IMG/VR virus record: IMGVR_UViG_3300028805_000055
Location: 1-64,000 of that record
Origin: a virus
Lineage: Duplodnaviria; Caudoviricetes
Direction: 5' to 3' (one strand)
DNA length: 64,000 nt
Shown here piece by piece: positions 1 through 10,014 of this stretch (within the stretch, counting starts at the first letter, position 1; each line of letters starts with the position of its first letter). The notes below the pieces were generated by a model. The model did not search any database, had not been told where the DNA came from, and was given only the letters and a program-made list of their open reading frames with translations. The position numbers and the translations under genes were made by a program.

Positions 1-682
1 GAGCCTGTCTATAGGTGTTGTAGTACAACTCATCCTTACCGTTAGGCGTTGACACCATGACGGTCTTAGAATTAGGGTTAGAAGCCATTGTAGCAGCAGC
101 TGTGGTAAATGCTGCCACGCCCTCCTCAATGAACGCAGCCTCGTCAAGTATAAGAACTGATACAGCTGAGATACCACGAGAAGCGTTAGGTCCTGATGCA
201 CGGGCAATAACTCTGCAACCATTGAATAGTTTCAGCTCACTCTTAGCGTCCTTCAAGAAAATTGATGCAATGTTTTTCTCTGAATTAGGGTCTGGTGAAA
301 AATATTCATCACCCCAATACCATCTTGGGACTTGTTCAAGGAAGTCCCTAACTTTTATAATGATTTCCTGCGCCTGCTCAAGTTTATTGGCGATACACAG
401 TATTGTCTCTGGTGCGTCCTTAGGGGCAAACGCACACTGCGCTGCTGCCCAAGCACTTGATAGTGTTGTGATACCACACTGTCTTGGTTTAACTGCTACG
501 ACGTTCCTATTCTCTGACAGAGCTTTTAGAAAAGCCCTCTGCCTTGGGAAACAATGGAACTGGGTCTTCTTACCCTTCGTAGCATTGAATGTACTAAAAT
601 ACTTCTCAATGAAAGTAATCCTGGATTTATCCGCATAGCAGGTCGCATACTCAACGGCCATTTCGTGTCTATCGTATATCAT
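1..682 (-). CDS. terL: Terminase large subunit, N-terminal ATPase part (runs off the window)
   Basis: Hand translation from ATG at 682: MIYDRHEMAVEY...FPRQ...VKPRQCGITT (Walker A variant), SRGISAVSVLILDEAAF (Walker B), VSTPNG (motif III). T4 gp17-like. Absent from the ORF track because there is no stop in the window. Confidence 0.92.
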   Translation of the reverse strand, partial: MIYDRHEMAVEYATCYADKSRITFIEKYFSTFNATKGKKTQFHCFPRQRAFLKALSENRNVVAVKPRQCGITTLSSAWAAAQCAFAPKDAPETILCIANKLEQAQEIIIKVRDFLEQVPRWYWGDEYFSPDPNSEKNIASIFLKDAKSELKLFNGCRVIARASGPNASRGISAVSVLILDEAAFIEEGVAAFTTAAATMASNPNSKTVMVSTPNGKDELYYNTYRQA

Positions 683-754
683 AATTGTAACTCTCTAAAT
701 TTCAATAAATATAACATTAAAACAAAAAGTAACCAGCATGATACGCTGATTACT

Positions 755-1984
755 TTATATCGTCTCTGCAATAACGTTTCCGTTGTCATCACCATCACCA
801 TCACCGTCAATATCGTATCCATCCAACTCAGAAGCTGTGAAATAGCTATCAGCAATCATTGACCTATCCACATTCCTTGCGTTAACCCTATTCTTGAATT
901 TCTGGTATCCGTCATTATACCTTGATTTCTCAATAAGCTTGTTGATAATTTCATCACCCTTCTCAGTCTGCATAAACAACTCCTGCATTACTGGGTTAAA
1001 CTCCTCAGCTGGAAGCTTAACAAGTTCCATGAACACATAAGGTACAATATTTGTATCCTCAGCAAGTTCCAGCCTATCAAAGATAAGCTGCCATAACTTT
1101 GTTCCAAACCTCATATCCCAAGGTTCAGCAAGAAGGAAATCAGACTTTCCGATTATATATTTAGCCTTCTCACCATCAAAAGGCAAACCATGAACTGAAA
1201 ATAGCTCGAAGAATCCCTTAATTAAGTCATGGAATAGCAATGGGAATATGACACCCTGTGCGTCTATTGTATTCTTCTTCCCGTTACTTCCAACGTGTAC
1301 TTCCACAAATGACCCCTGCTTTGGCTTCTCATCACTTAGTTCTTCATTAAGGACAAATGTAAGATACCTGTTAAGTGTTATTATTTTGTCATACAGTCCG
1401 AGAAGTTCTGGATTAAGCTTGTTAATGTCTTCCTGGTACAACGTAATCATTGACATGTAAAAGTCCGAAGCACCCATAATAAGGGAATTAATAAGTCTTC
1501 TCTTGGCAATTGCAGCCTTTGATAAGCCAAAGTCCTTTATATCCTTAAATCTAAACTTCCTGTCGGTGGAAATCTCTGGAGTAACTCCTATTGAACTACC
1601 ATATGTAACCTTGTCAACAAGCCTGCATCTTATGTTTACAGCACCCTCTGGTATTGCAAACAGCCTGTTGATTGCATTCTCGCAAATCTTTGTAAGTGAA
1701 TCCCTTACAGGCTTTTCCAGCTCCTTCGCCATGTTGACCATAGCACCAAGTTCTGATACCATATCATCAGTGTTGGTTACAGGTATTCCAACATCCTTCA
1801 TCTGTTCGCATACATCTTTGAACCCCTCTTTCAGAACAGTATAGTCAAACGGGTAGTCATCCTCCTCTGGGAATGCTGGATTATCCCCAAGGGAAGTCTC
1901 ATGTTTAACAACCGCATCGAATAAAAACTTAGGAAGCAGTAGTTCCTTATTAATTTGACTTTCGTTGATGTATATTTTTTTCAT
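755..1984 (-). CDS. Hypothetical protein, probably virion/head associated
   Basis: 409-aa ORF next to terL; N-terminus MKKIYINESQ matches the shared late-protein motif. Confidence 0.7.
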   Translation of the reverse strand: MKKIYINESQINKELLLPKFLFDAVVKHETSLGDNPAFPEEDDYPFDYTVLKEGFKDVCEQMKDVGIPVTNTDDMVSELGAMVNMAKELEKPVRDSLTKICENAINRLFAIPEGAVNIRCRLVDKVTYGSSIGVTPEISTDRKFRFKDIKDFGLSKAAIAKRRLINSLIMGASDFYMSMITLYQEDINKLNPELLGLYDKIITLNRYLTFVLNEELSDEKPKQGSFVEVHVGSNGKKNTIDAQGVIFPLLFHDLIKGFFELFSVHGLPFDGEKAKYIIGKSDFLLAEPWDMRFGTKLWQLIFDRLELAEDTNIVPYVFMELVKLPAEEFNPVMQELFMQTEKGDEIINKLIEKSRYNDGYQKFKNRVNARNVDRSMIADSYFTASELDGYDIDGDGDGDDNGNVIAETI

Positions 1985-2475
1985 TAAATACTCTTTAGGA
2001 ATTCTGTTAACTCTGACTTTGTAAATGGAACTGAGTTTTCCCTCATTTCATCCATAACCTTCTTTGGTGCTACAGAAGCCAACTGTACACCATTTGCTGA
2101 ATTGCCCTTCATGATGTTAACCTGCATATTAGGGTTTGTAGCGGCAGCATTATCTATCAATTTCTTGGTATTAGGGTCTTTAAGCTGGTCTTGTGTAAAT
2201 GACATAACACCATTACCCTTCTGCTGACTTGAATTTGACTGTTTTAGGTTTCCAAGCTCTGTTGAGAAGCCGTCTGCTGCTGGGTGTGTTGCAACCTGCT
2301 TGTTTACAGCATTCTCAAGTCCAGTTGAACCCTGCAACTGTTCGTCATTTGCTGTAACATCACCAATAAGAGGCTCACCTCCTGTTATTTCCTTCAATAC
2401 CAAATCCTTCTTTGAATATACCTTTCCTTCTCCAAGAAGCTTCAATACCTTATCTTTCTTAACGTATACTTTCAT
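1984..2475 (-). CDS. Hypothetical late protein
   Basis: 163-aa ORF coupled to the next gene; TATTTATA upstream (2490-2497). Confidence 0.7.
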   Translation of the reverse strand: MKVYVKKDKVLKLLGEGKVYSKKDLVLKEITGGEPLIGDVTANDEQLQGSTGLENAVNKQVATHPAADGFSTELGNLKQSNSSQQKGNGVMSFTQDQLKDPNTKKLIDNAAATNPNMQVNIMKGNSANGVQLASVAPKKVMDEMRENSVPFTKSELTEFLKSI

Positions 2476-2509
2476 AAGATTAATTTTAATATAAATATCA
2501 TTGCAAACA

Positions 2510-2540
2510 AAAAAGGGATACCCCGTTGGTATCCCCTTTA
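2510..2540. terminator. Intrinsic terminator
   Basis: GGGATACC-ccgtt-GGTATCCC hairpin with flanking A/T tracts. Confidence 0.7.
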
Positions 2541-2542
2541 TG

Positions 2543-3100
2543 TTATCTTGGTAAATATGGATTGTCTAACTGTGTTAAAGCATCCTCACCTACTACTGTC
2601 TGAGGTCTGTCAGTCGTTCCTCTTTCAAAGTTGCTTTGGTTTCCATCACCGAAAATTGCTGAGAAAGTCTCATCAATAATCCTCTTGAAATTAACCTTTG
2701 ACTCTGGCATTGCTCCTGGTGCTGGTGGCATTGCTGCATCAGCTGGTTGGTCAGTGCCGCCATCCTTCTTCTGACTGTCAAAGTACTTCATGGTACTATC
2801 CTGTGTCTCTGGGTCAGAATTCTGGAAGTCTTGGACAAACTGCTGTACCTCTGGGTTTCCTCCTGCACTAAGTGCATTTGGGTCGCCTGCCAGTGGGTCA
2901 TCGTTTGGACCTCCTGCAACTGGGTCTACTGGCTCTTCACCACCCATTGCATTTGGGTCTTCTGGTGCTGGTGGCATTCCCTGTTCAGCGTCCATTGGAG
3001 GCATTGGAGCATTCATATCATCCATGCCATCCATACCACCTCCAAGGGGGTCGCTGTTAGGTATCTTTAACTTTGTAGGTATATTACTTTCTGTTAGATT
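2543..3100 (-). CDS. Pro/Asp-rich ORF; probable frameshifted C-terminal extension of 3084..4862
   Basis: Frame is open upstream of the 3034 ATG back to the A10 run (NLTESNIPTKLKIPNSDPLGGGMDG...). Confidence 0.65.
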   Translation of the reverse strand, partial: NLTESNIPTKLKIPNSDPLGGGMDGMDDMNAPMPPMDAEQGMPPAPEDPNAMGGEEPVDPVAGGPNDDPLAGDPNALSAGGNPEVQQFVQDFQNSDPETQDSTMKYFDSQKKDGGTDQPADAAMPPAPGAMPESKVNFKRIIDETFSAIFGDGNQSNFERGTTDRPQTVVGEDALTQLDNPYLPR

Positions 3101-4862
3101 TTTTTTTTAAACGGTCAAATGCCTCAGCAATTGCGTTGTCGATTGCCTCTGGGTCAATGTCGAATGGAGCACCATCACCAATCTTCTCACCGTAAGGTGT
3201 ATCATTCTTAACAGAATCGTCGTTCATGTCATAGTTGCCTGGGAACTCCTTCATATCCTTTGGTGGCAAATCCATAACAACCTTCTGATATGCTGGGTGC
3301 TTTCCGAAGTCATCGAGCTTGTTCATATTTCCAGATGGAACACGACCTGCATCCTTGAATGGGGTCATACCGTCCTCGTTGATTCTCTGCTTGCGCATAG
3401 CCCTCTTGAATGCCTTGGTCTCGAATATCTGAACGCCATTTCTATGTCTGCTCTCCATTGGCATATCTGACATTGTTCCATCGCCGCACTCGTAGTCGTA
3501 GCCATCCTCAATGTCATCGTCACCTTCTGGTGTTCCACCAAGGTCTTCTCCACCGAAGTCTGACTCACCTTCGTCACCAAACTCATTACCTAATTCATCC
3601 TCGTCTCCGAAGTCTTCTCCTTCTTCGTCACCGAACAAGTCGTCATCCTCGTAGTTACCAGCATCAACTGCTGGAGTCTCGATACCAAGCTTAGAAGCAA
3701 TCTGTCCAAGAAGTTCCTCGATTGAACTGATACGCTGCTCAAGGTCATCCTCGTATGGGTCTTCACCCTCGTCATCGAAATCCTCGTCACCAAGTCCGTC
3801 GTCATCTAAATCATCGTCACCAAGGTCATCACCAAGTCCATCATCGTCACCAATACCAGTATCAACAGGTTCACCCTCTGCACCAGCATCGTCAATTGGA
3901 GCTTCGTCACCAATTGGCTCTTCGCCACCTTCAGCGTCGTCCATTGGAGGGGTGTCAAGGCCATCGATAGCCTCGTCAATCTGCTTTCCCTTCTCAGCAT
4001 CGAATGGTTTGTTGTTGTCATCTGAAGGTCCTTCGCCAACACCTACTCCAGGTTTGTTCTGGTCGTCAGTGTCATGCATTGAAACACCATGATTCTCAAC
4101 AACACCGTTCTTCATTTCACCAGTCTTTGTTACCTTCTTGTCCTGGTTATCAATGTTACGAGCTTCAGCATCATCGAATGGAGCACTGTCACCAATCTCA
4201 GTTCCATGAGACTTGTCCATATAGTCTGGACTCTTTCTGTTCCAACCAAGAACCTCTTCCTCCTTAATGTTCTCCTTAGCCTTGAACTCTTCTGCTGGCT
4301 CTTCTGTGAAACCGTCTGGCGCATCAGTTGCGTCTCCAGTTCCATGAGTTTCTGGGTTAATATTATCTTCTATTGCCTTTGGAGCGTCACAGCAGATTGC
4401 GCCACCCTTCTTTTCCATAATGGTCATAGCGTTCTTCATAATCTGACGCTCACGGAGAATTTCGCCCTTCATCTTATCAGAAGCCTCAGTAACAACCAAT
4501 TCTTTCTTATTCAAGTCCCAAGACTCTACATTGAAGGTAGGGTTGTTATAAGCCTCCTTAAGAGACATCATCTTCATGTCAAAGTTTTTCTGAGCATTAG
4601 CATAGCTGGTGTACTCATTGTCTTTTCTGTTTCTGAAGCCACCAATATAGCCAAAGTCCTCCTTAATAAGGTTTTGCTTGTTAGGAGCAGTCTTTATGTA
4701 ATACTTAGTACCCTCACGTACAATACCATAAACCTTTCCGTCAGCACCAACCTTCTGGTACTCAACAGCACTGTATGGTGCTTTCTTGCTCTCAGTCTGA
4801 AGTCCATAGTTCATAAGGGACTTCATTCTATTGAGCTGGTCATTTGTATTAACTTTATTCAT
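3084..4862 (-). CDS. Highly acidic protein, putative prohead core/scaffold-like
   Basis: 592 aa with long D/E/G-rich tracts and several (I/L)xE sites; TATTTATA upstream; close to terL. Function is inferred. Confidence 0.6.
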   Translation of the reverse strand: MNKVNTNDQLNRMKSLMNYGLQTESKKAPYSAVEYQKVGADGKVYGIVREGTKYYIKTAPNKQNLIKEDFGYIGGFRNRKDNEYTSYANAQKNFDMKMMSLKEAYNNPTFNVESWDLNKKELVVTEASDKMKGEILRERQIMKNAMTIMEKKGGAICCDAPKAIEDNINPETHGTGDATDAPDGFTEEPAEEFKAKENIKEEEVLGWNRKSPDYMDKSHGTEIGDSAPFDDAEARNIDNQDKKVTKTGEMKNGVVENHGVSMHDTDDQNKPGVGVGEGPSDDNNKPFDAEKGKQIDEAIDGLDTPPMDDAEGGEEPIGDEAPIDDAGAEGEPVDTGIGDDDGLGDDLGDDDLDDDGLGDEDFDDEGEDPYEDDLEQRISSIEELLGQIASKLGIETPAVDAGNYEDDDLFGDEEGEDFGDEDELGNEFGDEGESDFGGEDLGGTPEGDDDIEDGYDYECGDGTMSDMPMESRHRNGVQIFETKAFKRAMRKQRINEDGMTPFKDAGRVPSGNMNKLDDFGKHPAYQKVVMDLPPKDMKEFPGNYDMNDDSVKNDTPYGEKIGDGAPFDIDPEAIDNAIAEAFDRLKKKSNRK

Positions 4863-4930
4863 AATTAATATATTAATTTTTCGACTTATTTTAAATATAA
4901 ATATTTCGTATTAGTAAAAAAATCAGTAAT

Positions 4931-7690
4931 TTATTGCCTTATATCATCCGCAGTACCCCTCTGATTATCCATTCCCCTATTGTCGAACTGTAGGTTTCTC
5001 CTAATAAACGGAGTAAACTTATCAAGTGCTCTAATGTAGACAGTGCTCTTCGGCTTCATGGTCATTTCATCCCACTGTACACAGATGCAGTAGTTATATC
5101 CTATGAGATTTGACATCGTTTCGTCATAATAGACCTTGTACAGTCTTCCCATCTTATTGTCTTCCTTCGACTGCATCAGTTTACCATAATTGGCAACAAA
5201 GTTCTTTAATGCATCACGCTCTGCCTTCCACCTCTTCTCGTAAGGGTTTCCTTCAGACGAGCCATCCATTGCAAACTCCTCCTTCAGAACCTTGAGATAC
5301 TTCTTAGTGGATTCAGTAATATCATTAAAATAATTTTTTTTGGATTCGTTCCTATAAATAGGATATGGTTCTTTTACATATTTTCTTGTATCATTATCCC
5401 AATGTCCAGTCATTGGTATATATCCGTTCTTTCCCGTCATTATTTGTTTCCTATATTGCGGTAGATTTTCTGTTGCCCAAAGAGCAATCTCGCTAGGTCT
5501 ACCGCATCTCACAAGAACTTGACCATTTTGTCCATAAACAACCCAATCGCCATTATCTTGGTGAATTGGAATAAAGCTTTTTACATTAGGACCCCAGAAT
5601 ATTACTTGATTTTGATTATCTCCATAATGGTATATTTCTACGCCACTTGTTCTAAATATTACTGCTTCATCCCCATATTCATTATAATCTACCTTTCTAT
5701 CATTAATCAAAAAAGCAAAATTATATCCAGCGTAATGTTTTTGTTGCCCAGCATTAGTATATGCAAGACTTTCAATATCTGGTGTTCCTCCTGTAAATCC
5801 TTCTTTTGCAATTGATTCTGAATCAGAACCAAAATGAATACACCACTCATTTTTTACAATTCTGTTAAAATCCATAGTACACCACGAAGGCAATTCATAA
5901 TAATCCACAATATCTTGCATGATGCTTATAAAATGGCCACATAAATTGTTTTCTTCTAGCATCTTACAAAATGTTTCTACCTTTTCTTCGTTTTCATAAT
6001 CAAACTCACCATCATTTAACAAATTTTCAAATTCTGAATATCTGTAATATATTTCCTTAATATATTCACCTATATAATAAGAACAATAATATGCTAAATC
6101 TCTTGCTTTTTCACAAGAAGATGCCGTAGATGCCCATTTGAAATATTTGTACAATGGCAAATTGTAATCTTTCTCTAGATATTCTTTTATAATTTCTTTA
6201 TTATCGAATTTAGATTCTTCAATTGAATTTAATTTATCATAGCACATAACTTTTAAACGCCATAATTTGTCTAAATAAAATTTTCTCCTAAGTACCTTAT
6301 ACACTATATTTCCCGCACCGTTTTCTCCACGCTTAGTGAGACTCTTCTTTCTCAAGCTCTTTACCTTTTCCCATAGGTAGCTTGCGTCCTCACCAATTTT
6401 ACTTACTTCATATCCGTCATCAGTCGATGACAATGCCTTATACATTTCATCAATGATTGTCATTATCTCAGCCGCCTTGCGTTTAATGTCAAATTTCTCA
6501 AGACCTATGCTCTTAATGGTGTGTGGGTTAGGTCTCCTAATCCACGCATTCTCCTCCAGGTCATATATTCCACCAGCCTCAACATTATCGCTAACATCCT
6601 GTGTATACAACTCAACAGGGAATCCCATTATCTTCAATCCCTCATGCTCTGCATTCCACTCGTTCTTCTTCGAATCGAGATATTGCTTAACAAATTCAGT
6701 TTTGCTGTCAATCTCATTAAAGTCAACTACTAAGTGTAGGTCTATATCTGAGAACTTAGACCAGTTGAAGTTGCATATAGAGCCAGTTATAATGATTTCC
6801 TTTGGTTCAACCCATGTAAGATTAACGAACTTCCAGAAGTCATCTGCAATGTCAAGAAGTTTCAATCTAACCTTTGAGTTAAGTGTCTCTTCATCCTTCC
6901 ATATTCCAGGAGGTAATGTGTCACGCTTCTTGAATGAAGACAGGTCAACTTCTGAAGATTCAACTTCCTTCTCCATATTCTCCTCTACTGGATTTTCGTT
7001 GCCTATATGGGCGTACAGTCCAGGACCTCCTCCCTTTTCCATACCAACACTAGCAACAGGTGCAAACTCCTTAGCCACTTCCTCAGAAAGGAAGCCTTCT
7101 TTACGTACAACTTCCTCACCAAGCATATTAGCCATTATCAATCCGAAATCCTCGTCTCCAACACTCATATATGTATATTCATTTCCAGACATCTCACACC
7201 AGTTATAGAAAATCTCATCCCTTATCCATTCGACAGGATATCTTTCACCCTTACCAATAAGAATTTTATAACAGTTATTGAGACCTTCCCTTGTATGACC
7301 GCAGAAATATTCCACCTTAGGGTTATATCCAGAAATATCAAGACATGAGTCCTTTGATACCACATGAACATTGTTCATCTTATGGAACACAGTATCTAAT
7401 TCTACTTTTGGTACTTCTATTGAGAAACAAGCACCCCTATTGAAACTACCGTCGTTCTCCAGCGAGAACCAATTCATTCCATGAGTTTCACCATGCTGTC
7501 TTCCTTCACTGGCACACACCCTGTTTGTCTTCAATATCTTTACAAGTGCTAATATGTCAGTACCGTGATACAGCTTAACATTACCATAAACGTCATTATG
7601 GCTGACACCATCAGTGCCAACCATAATTTCGTTTAATTTGCCCTTAATTGCTATTAAACCATTCTCGTTAAATCTAATAGTCTTTCCCAT
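4931..7690 (-). CDS. Multi-domain protein: ART-like + Pol-beta-superfamily nucleotidyltransferase + further domains
   Basis: KLYHGTD (ART-like strand 1); ITGSICNFNWSKFSDIDLHLVVD (GS...DxD NTase); third domain WCIHFG...GFTGG...YNFAF. Confidence 0.7.
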   Translation of the reverse strand: MGKTIRFNENGLIAIKGKLNEIMVGTDGVSHNDVYGNVKLYHGTDILALVKILKTNRVCASEGRQHGETHGMNWFSLENDGSFNRGACFSIEVPKVELDTVFHKMNNVHVVSKDSCLDISGYNPKVEYFCGHTREGLNNCYKILIGKGERYPVEWIRDEIFYNWCEMSGNEYTYMSVGDEDFGLIMANMLGEEVVRKEGFLSEEVAKEFAPVASVGMEKGGGPGLYAHIGNENPVEENMEKEVESSEVDLSSFKKRDTLPPGIWKDEETLNSKVRLKLLDIADDFWKFVNLTWVEPKEIIITGSICNFNWSKFSDIDLHLVVDFNEIDSKTEFVKQYLDSKKNEWNAEHEGLKIMGFPVELYTQDVSDNVEAGGIYDLEENAWIRRPNPHTIKSIGLEKFDIKRKAAEIMTIIDEMYKALSSTDDGYEVSKIGEDASYLWEKVKSLRKKSLTKRGENGAGNIVYKVLRRKFYLDKLWRLKVMCYDKLNSIEESKFDNKEIIKEYLEKDYNLPLYKYFKWASTASSCEKARDLAYYCSYYIGEYIKEIYYRYSEFENLLNDGEFDYENEEKVETFCKMLEENNLCGHFISIMQDIVDYYELPSWCTMDFNRIVKNEWCIHFGSDSESIAKEGFTGGTPDIESLAYTNAGQQKHYAGYNFAFLINDRKVDYNEYGDEAVIFRTSGVEIYHYGDNQNQVIFWGPNVKSFIPIHQDNGDWVVYGQNGQVLVRCGRPSEIALWATENLPQYRKQIMTGKNGYIPMTGHWDNDTRKYVKEPYPIYRNESKKNYFNDITESTKKYLKVLKEEFAMDGSSEGNPYEKRWKAERDALKNFVANYGKLMQSKEDNKMGRLYKVYYDETMSNLIGYNYCICVQWDEMTMKPKSTVYIRALDKFTPFIRRNLQFDNRGMDNQRGTADDIRQ

Positions 7691-7711
7691 TCAAAACAAT
7701 ATAAAATCTAA

Positions 7712-8053
7712 TTAATCACCATTCTCTCCACCATCCTCTGGCTCAACTGGGCTTGGGTTGTTGGTAGAACCGTTAGCGTTGCAAGCACAAACACCCTGTC
7801 TAAGGTCTGTGTAGTTAGCACCATTCTCAGAAATGAACTGTCCAACTTCTGAGTACTTCCTAGCATCCTCAACCTTAAGCTGTGGCTCGTGGCCTACAAT
7901 ACCCTGGTGTGTAAGGGTCTCCATACCAGCGGTTGACATCTTTGACTCCTCTGTAAGAGCCTCTTCGTAATTCTCAACGTCAACATAAAGGAGCTGGTTA
8001 TCCATATCATAGCCATAACCCTCGTACATGTAGTCTAATATATTACTCTTCAT
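7712..8053 (-). CDS. Hypothetical late protein
   Basis: 113-aa ORF with TATTTATA upstream. Confidence 0.65.
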   Translation of the reverse strand: MKSNILDYMYEGYGYDMDNQLLYVDVENYEEALTEESKMSTAGMETLTHQGIVGHEPQLKVEDARKYSEVGQFISENGANYTDLRQGVCACNANGSTNNPSPVEPEDGGENGD

Positions 8054-8083
8054 ATCAAAATGTAATTTATAAAGTTATTTCTC

Positions 8084-8102
8084 TATAAATACTCTATTTA
8101 TA
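8084..8102. promoter_or_regulatory. Back-to-back putative late promoters (TATTTATA on both strands)
   Basis: TATAAATA-ctc-TATTTATA between divergent genes. The same octamer (sense TATTTATA/T) occurs at 704, 2490, 4896, 9948, 17321, 18621, 19420, 22028, 29841, 34413, 35387 and 47851, almost always shortly upstream of a gene start. Confidence 0.7.
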
Positions 8103-8116
8103 ACAAAAAAAGGCAG

Positions 8117-8827
8117 ATGAAAAGAGTAAAAATAACAGAAGTCAAGTTTGTATCACTATTTGGTAATCCTGGAAATGATAATTTTTACCAGGATGGCGAT
8201 TTTTTCGTCACAAATGATAAGATGAATAAAGCTAGAGGGCTGTTTTACCCCTACTACCAAAGCAGATATAATGTCAATAAAGAGAAAATTATACATCAGA
8301 TAGCATTTGCAAAAACAATTAAGATGATTGATAATGGCGAGAAACTTCCAGAATTTGATGATTACAAGATATATCATTCAATAGGTAATATACCATTCTC
8401 AAAAAAACAGGTTGAATATGTTGAAAAAAAAATAAAACCACAGTTTAAGAATATGTCACTTGAAGAATTATACGATTATATGCTTATAGAACAGGAAAGA
8501 AATAACTATGAGATAAATAAGGACTGTAAAAAGGCTATTGCAGACCTTATTGGTAAAGGATTCTTTGATAAGTATCTTAACGGACAGCTTAAACCTTTGG
8601 CTCTTTGGAGTATAGGTAGACTTGATGATATTAATGATATGCTAGTTTGGCTGTACTCTAAGAATAGATTCACAGGAAAACTTAACGTAGAAACTCTTGA
8701 AAAAGAAATGAAAAAGACTCGTGATGAAGTTGTAGATTCTGATGATAAGTTCATGAAAAATCCAATATATTTAGCATTTAATTACATACAAACGTCCATA
8801 TGGAAACTTAATAAAATTCCAAAATAA
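8117..8827 (+). CDS. Hypothetical late protein
   Basis: 236-aa ORF starting MKRVKITE; bidirectional terminator at about 8826-8853. Confidence 0.7.
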   Translation: MKRVKITEVKFVSLFGNPGNDNFYQDGDFFVTNDKMNKARGLFYPYYQSRYNVNKEKIIHQIAFAKTIKMIDNGEKLPEFDDYKIYHSIGNIPFSKKQVEYVEKKIKPQFKNMSLEELYDYMLIEQERNNYEINKDCKKAIADLIGKGFFDKYLNGQLKPLALWSIGRLDDINDMLVWLYSKNRFTGKLNVETLEKEMKKTRDEVVDSDDKFMKNPIYLAFNYIQTSIWKLNKIPK

Positions 8828-8850
8828 AAGGTATCAACTTTGTGATACCT

Positions 8851-9930
8851 TTATTGCCCCAGTCTGTTAAAATACTTGTCAAAAAATTCCTTACCATATA
8901 GTTGTATTATTTGTTTTGGCCAAAACAGACTAGTAATATATTCAATTGATGTGTTATATAATAACTTCTCCCCGTCAAAGAAACCACACTTTTCCATCCA
9001 GTTCACTGTATCTTGAAGAGAATCGCCATGCATTCTGTCAAAACGCTCATAATATCTTCTAGCCACATCTTCTTTTGAAATCACGTCATCGTTAGGATTG
9101 AATATTTTTTCATTTCTTATCTTCTCACGTTTATTATAGCTAGCGTTAAATTCCATATTTTTCACCATTCTATAGAACGCTTTTCTTGACATAGGGGTAT
9201 AGTTAACACTTGAAGAAAGATATGTTTTGCCATTCTCATCTGTTATTGGTAATTTAACCCATACTCTCTTAATCATGCTTGGATTCAAATCACCCATGAA
9301 TAGAGCTTGGTGCTCGTAATTATTAAAAATACTTTGTGCTAATTCTGGCTTACTTGAATTTCTTATATATTCCTTAGATAAAACCATATTTTTAAACTTA
9401 CGATTGCCATTTTTATCTATAATCCAATCAGTAAACGTTTCATCTGGTGTTTCCAGTGCCTTTTCCCTGTATCTTGCCTTTTGTGAATTTCTTTCATCGG
9501 CATTTGAAAATGGCATAGGGTTACTACCCTGCCCAAAATAAGTATCCTGACCATTCCACACTGGACTTTCAAGGTCACTTGCGTCTACTGTAAACTCAAG
9601 TACACACATTCCCTGGTTATCATACCCAAAATCTTTAGCCTTATGAAAGTCTACAGTAACAAACAAACCTAGTGGATTCATACCAGCCTCATAACTATAG
9701 CTCCTGCTATGCCTTTCTCTTCCAGATAAACCTTTTATAACTGCCTCAGCAGCAGTCTTTATACCGCATCCATGAAACACTCTAATCTTTTCTCCATTCA
9801 TAATTGGTTCTTGAATAGACGTATCATACCAGTGGCTTTTTGTAACATCATTACCAACTGAGTGCCTTGTGTCTATGTATCTTACCTCAAGGATTCTTCT
9901 ATATTGATTTTCATTTAAATGTATTATCAT
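8851..9930 (-). CDS. Putative ADP-ribosyltransferase-fold protein
   Basis: IRVFHGC...GLSG...GLFVTVDFHKAKDFG pattern; N-terminus MIIHLNENQYRRILE; late promoter upstream. Confidence 0.5.
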   Translation of the reverse strand: MIIHLNENQYRRILEVRYIDTRHSVGNDVTKSHWYDTSIQEPIMNGEKIRVFHGCGIKTAAEAVIKGLSGRERHSRSYSYEAGMNPLGLFVTVDFHKAKDFGYDNQGMCVLEFTVDASDLESPVWNGQDTYFGQGSNPMPFSNADERNSQKARYREKALETPDETFTDWIIDKNGNRKFKNMVLSKEYIRNSSKPELAQSIFNNYEHQALFMGDLNPSMIKRVWVKLPITDENGKTYLSSSVNYTPMSRKAFYRMVKNMEFNASYNKREKIRNEKIFNPNDDVISKEDVARRYYERFDRMHGDSLQDTVNWMEKCGFFDGEKLLYNTSIEYITSLFWPKQIIQLYGKEFFDKYFNRLGQ

Positions 9931-10014
9931 TGTAAAACAATATTTCCTATAAATATAAAAAGGTGCTGAAAAACATCAGCACCTTAATGAAAGCAATACT
10001 TACATCCAAGTATC

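Noticed and set aside
57-638. Plus-strand 193-aa ORF and other antisense ORFs (e.g. 4089..4868, 6453..7208, 14343..16514, 24761..25345)
   Set aside because: They are shadows of well-supported genes on the opposite strand and have no motifs or promoters.
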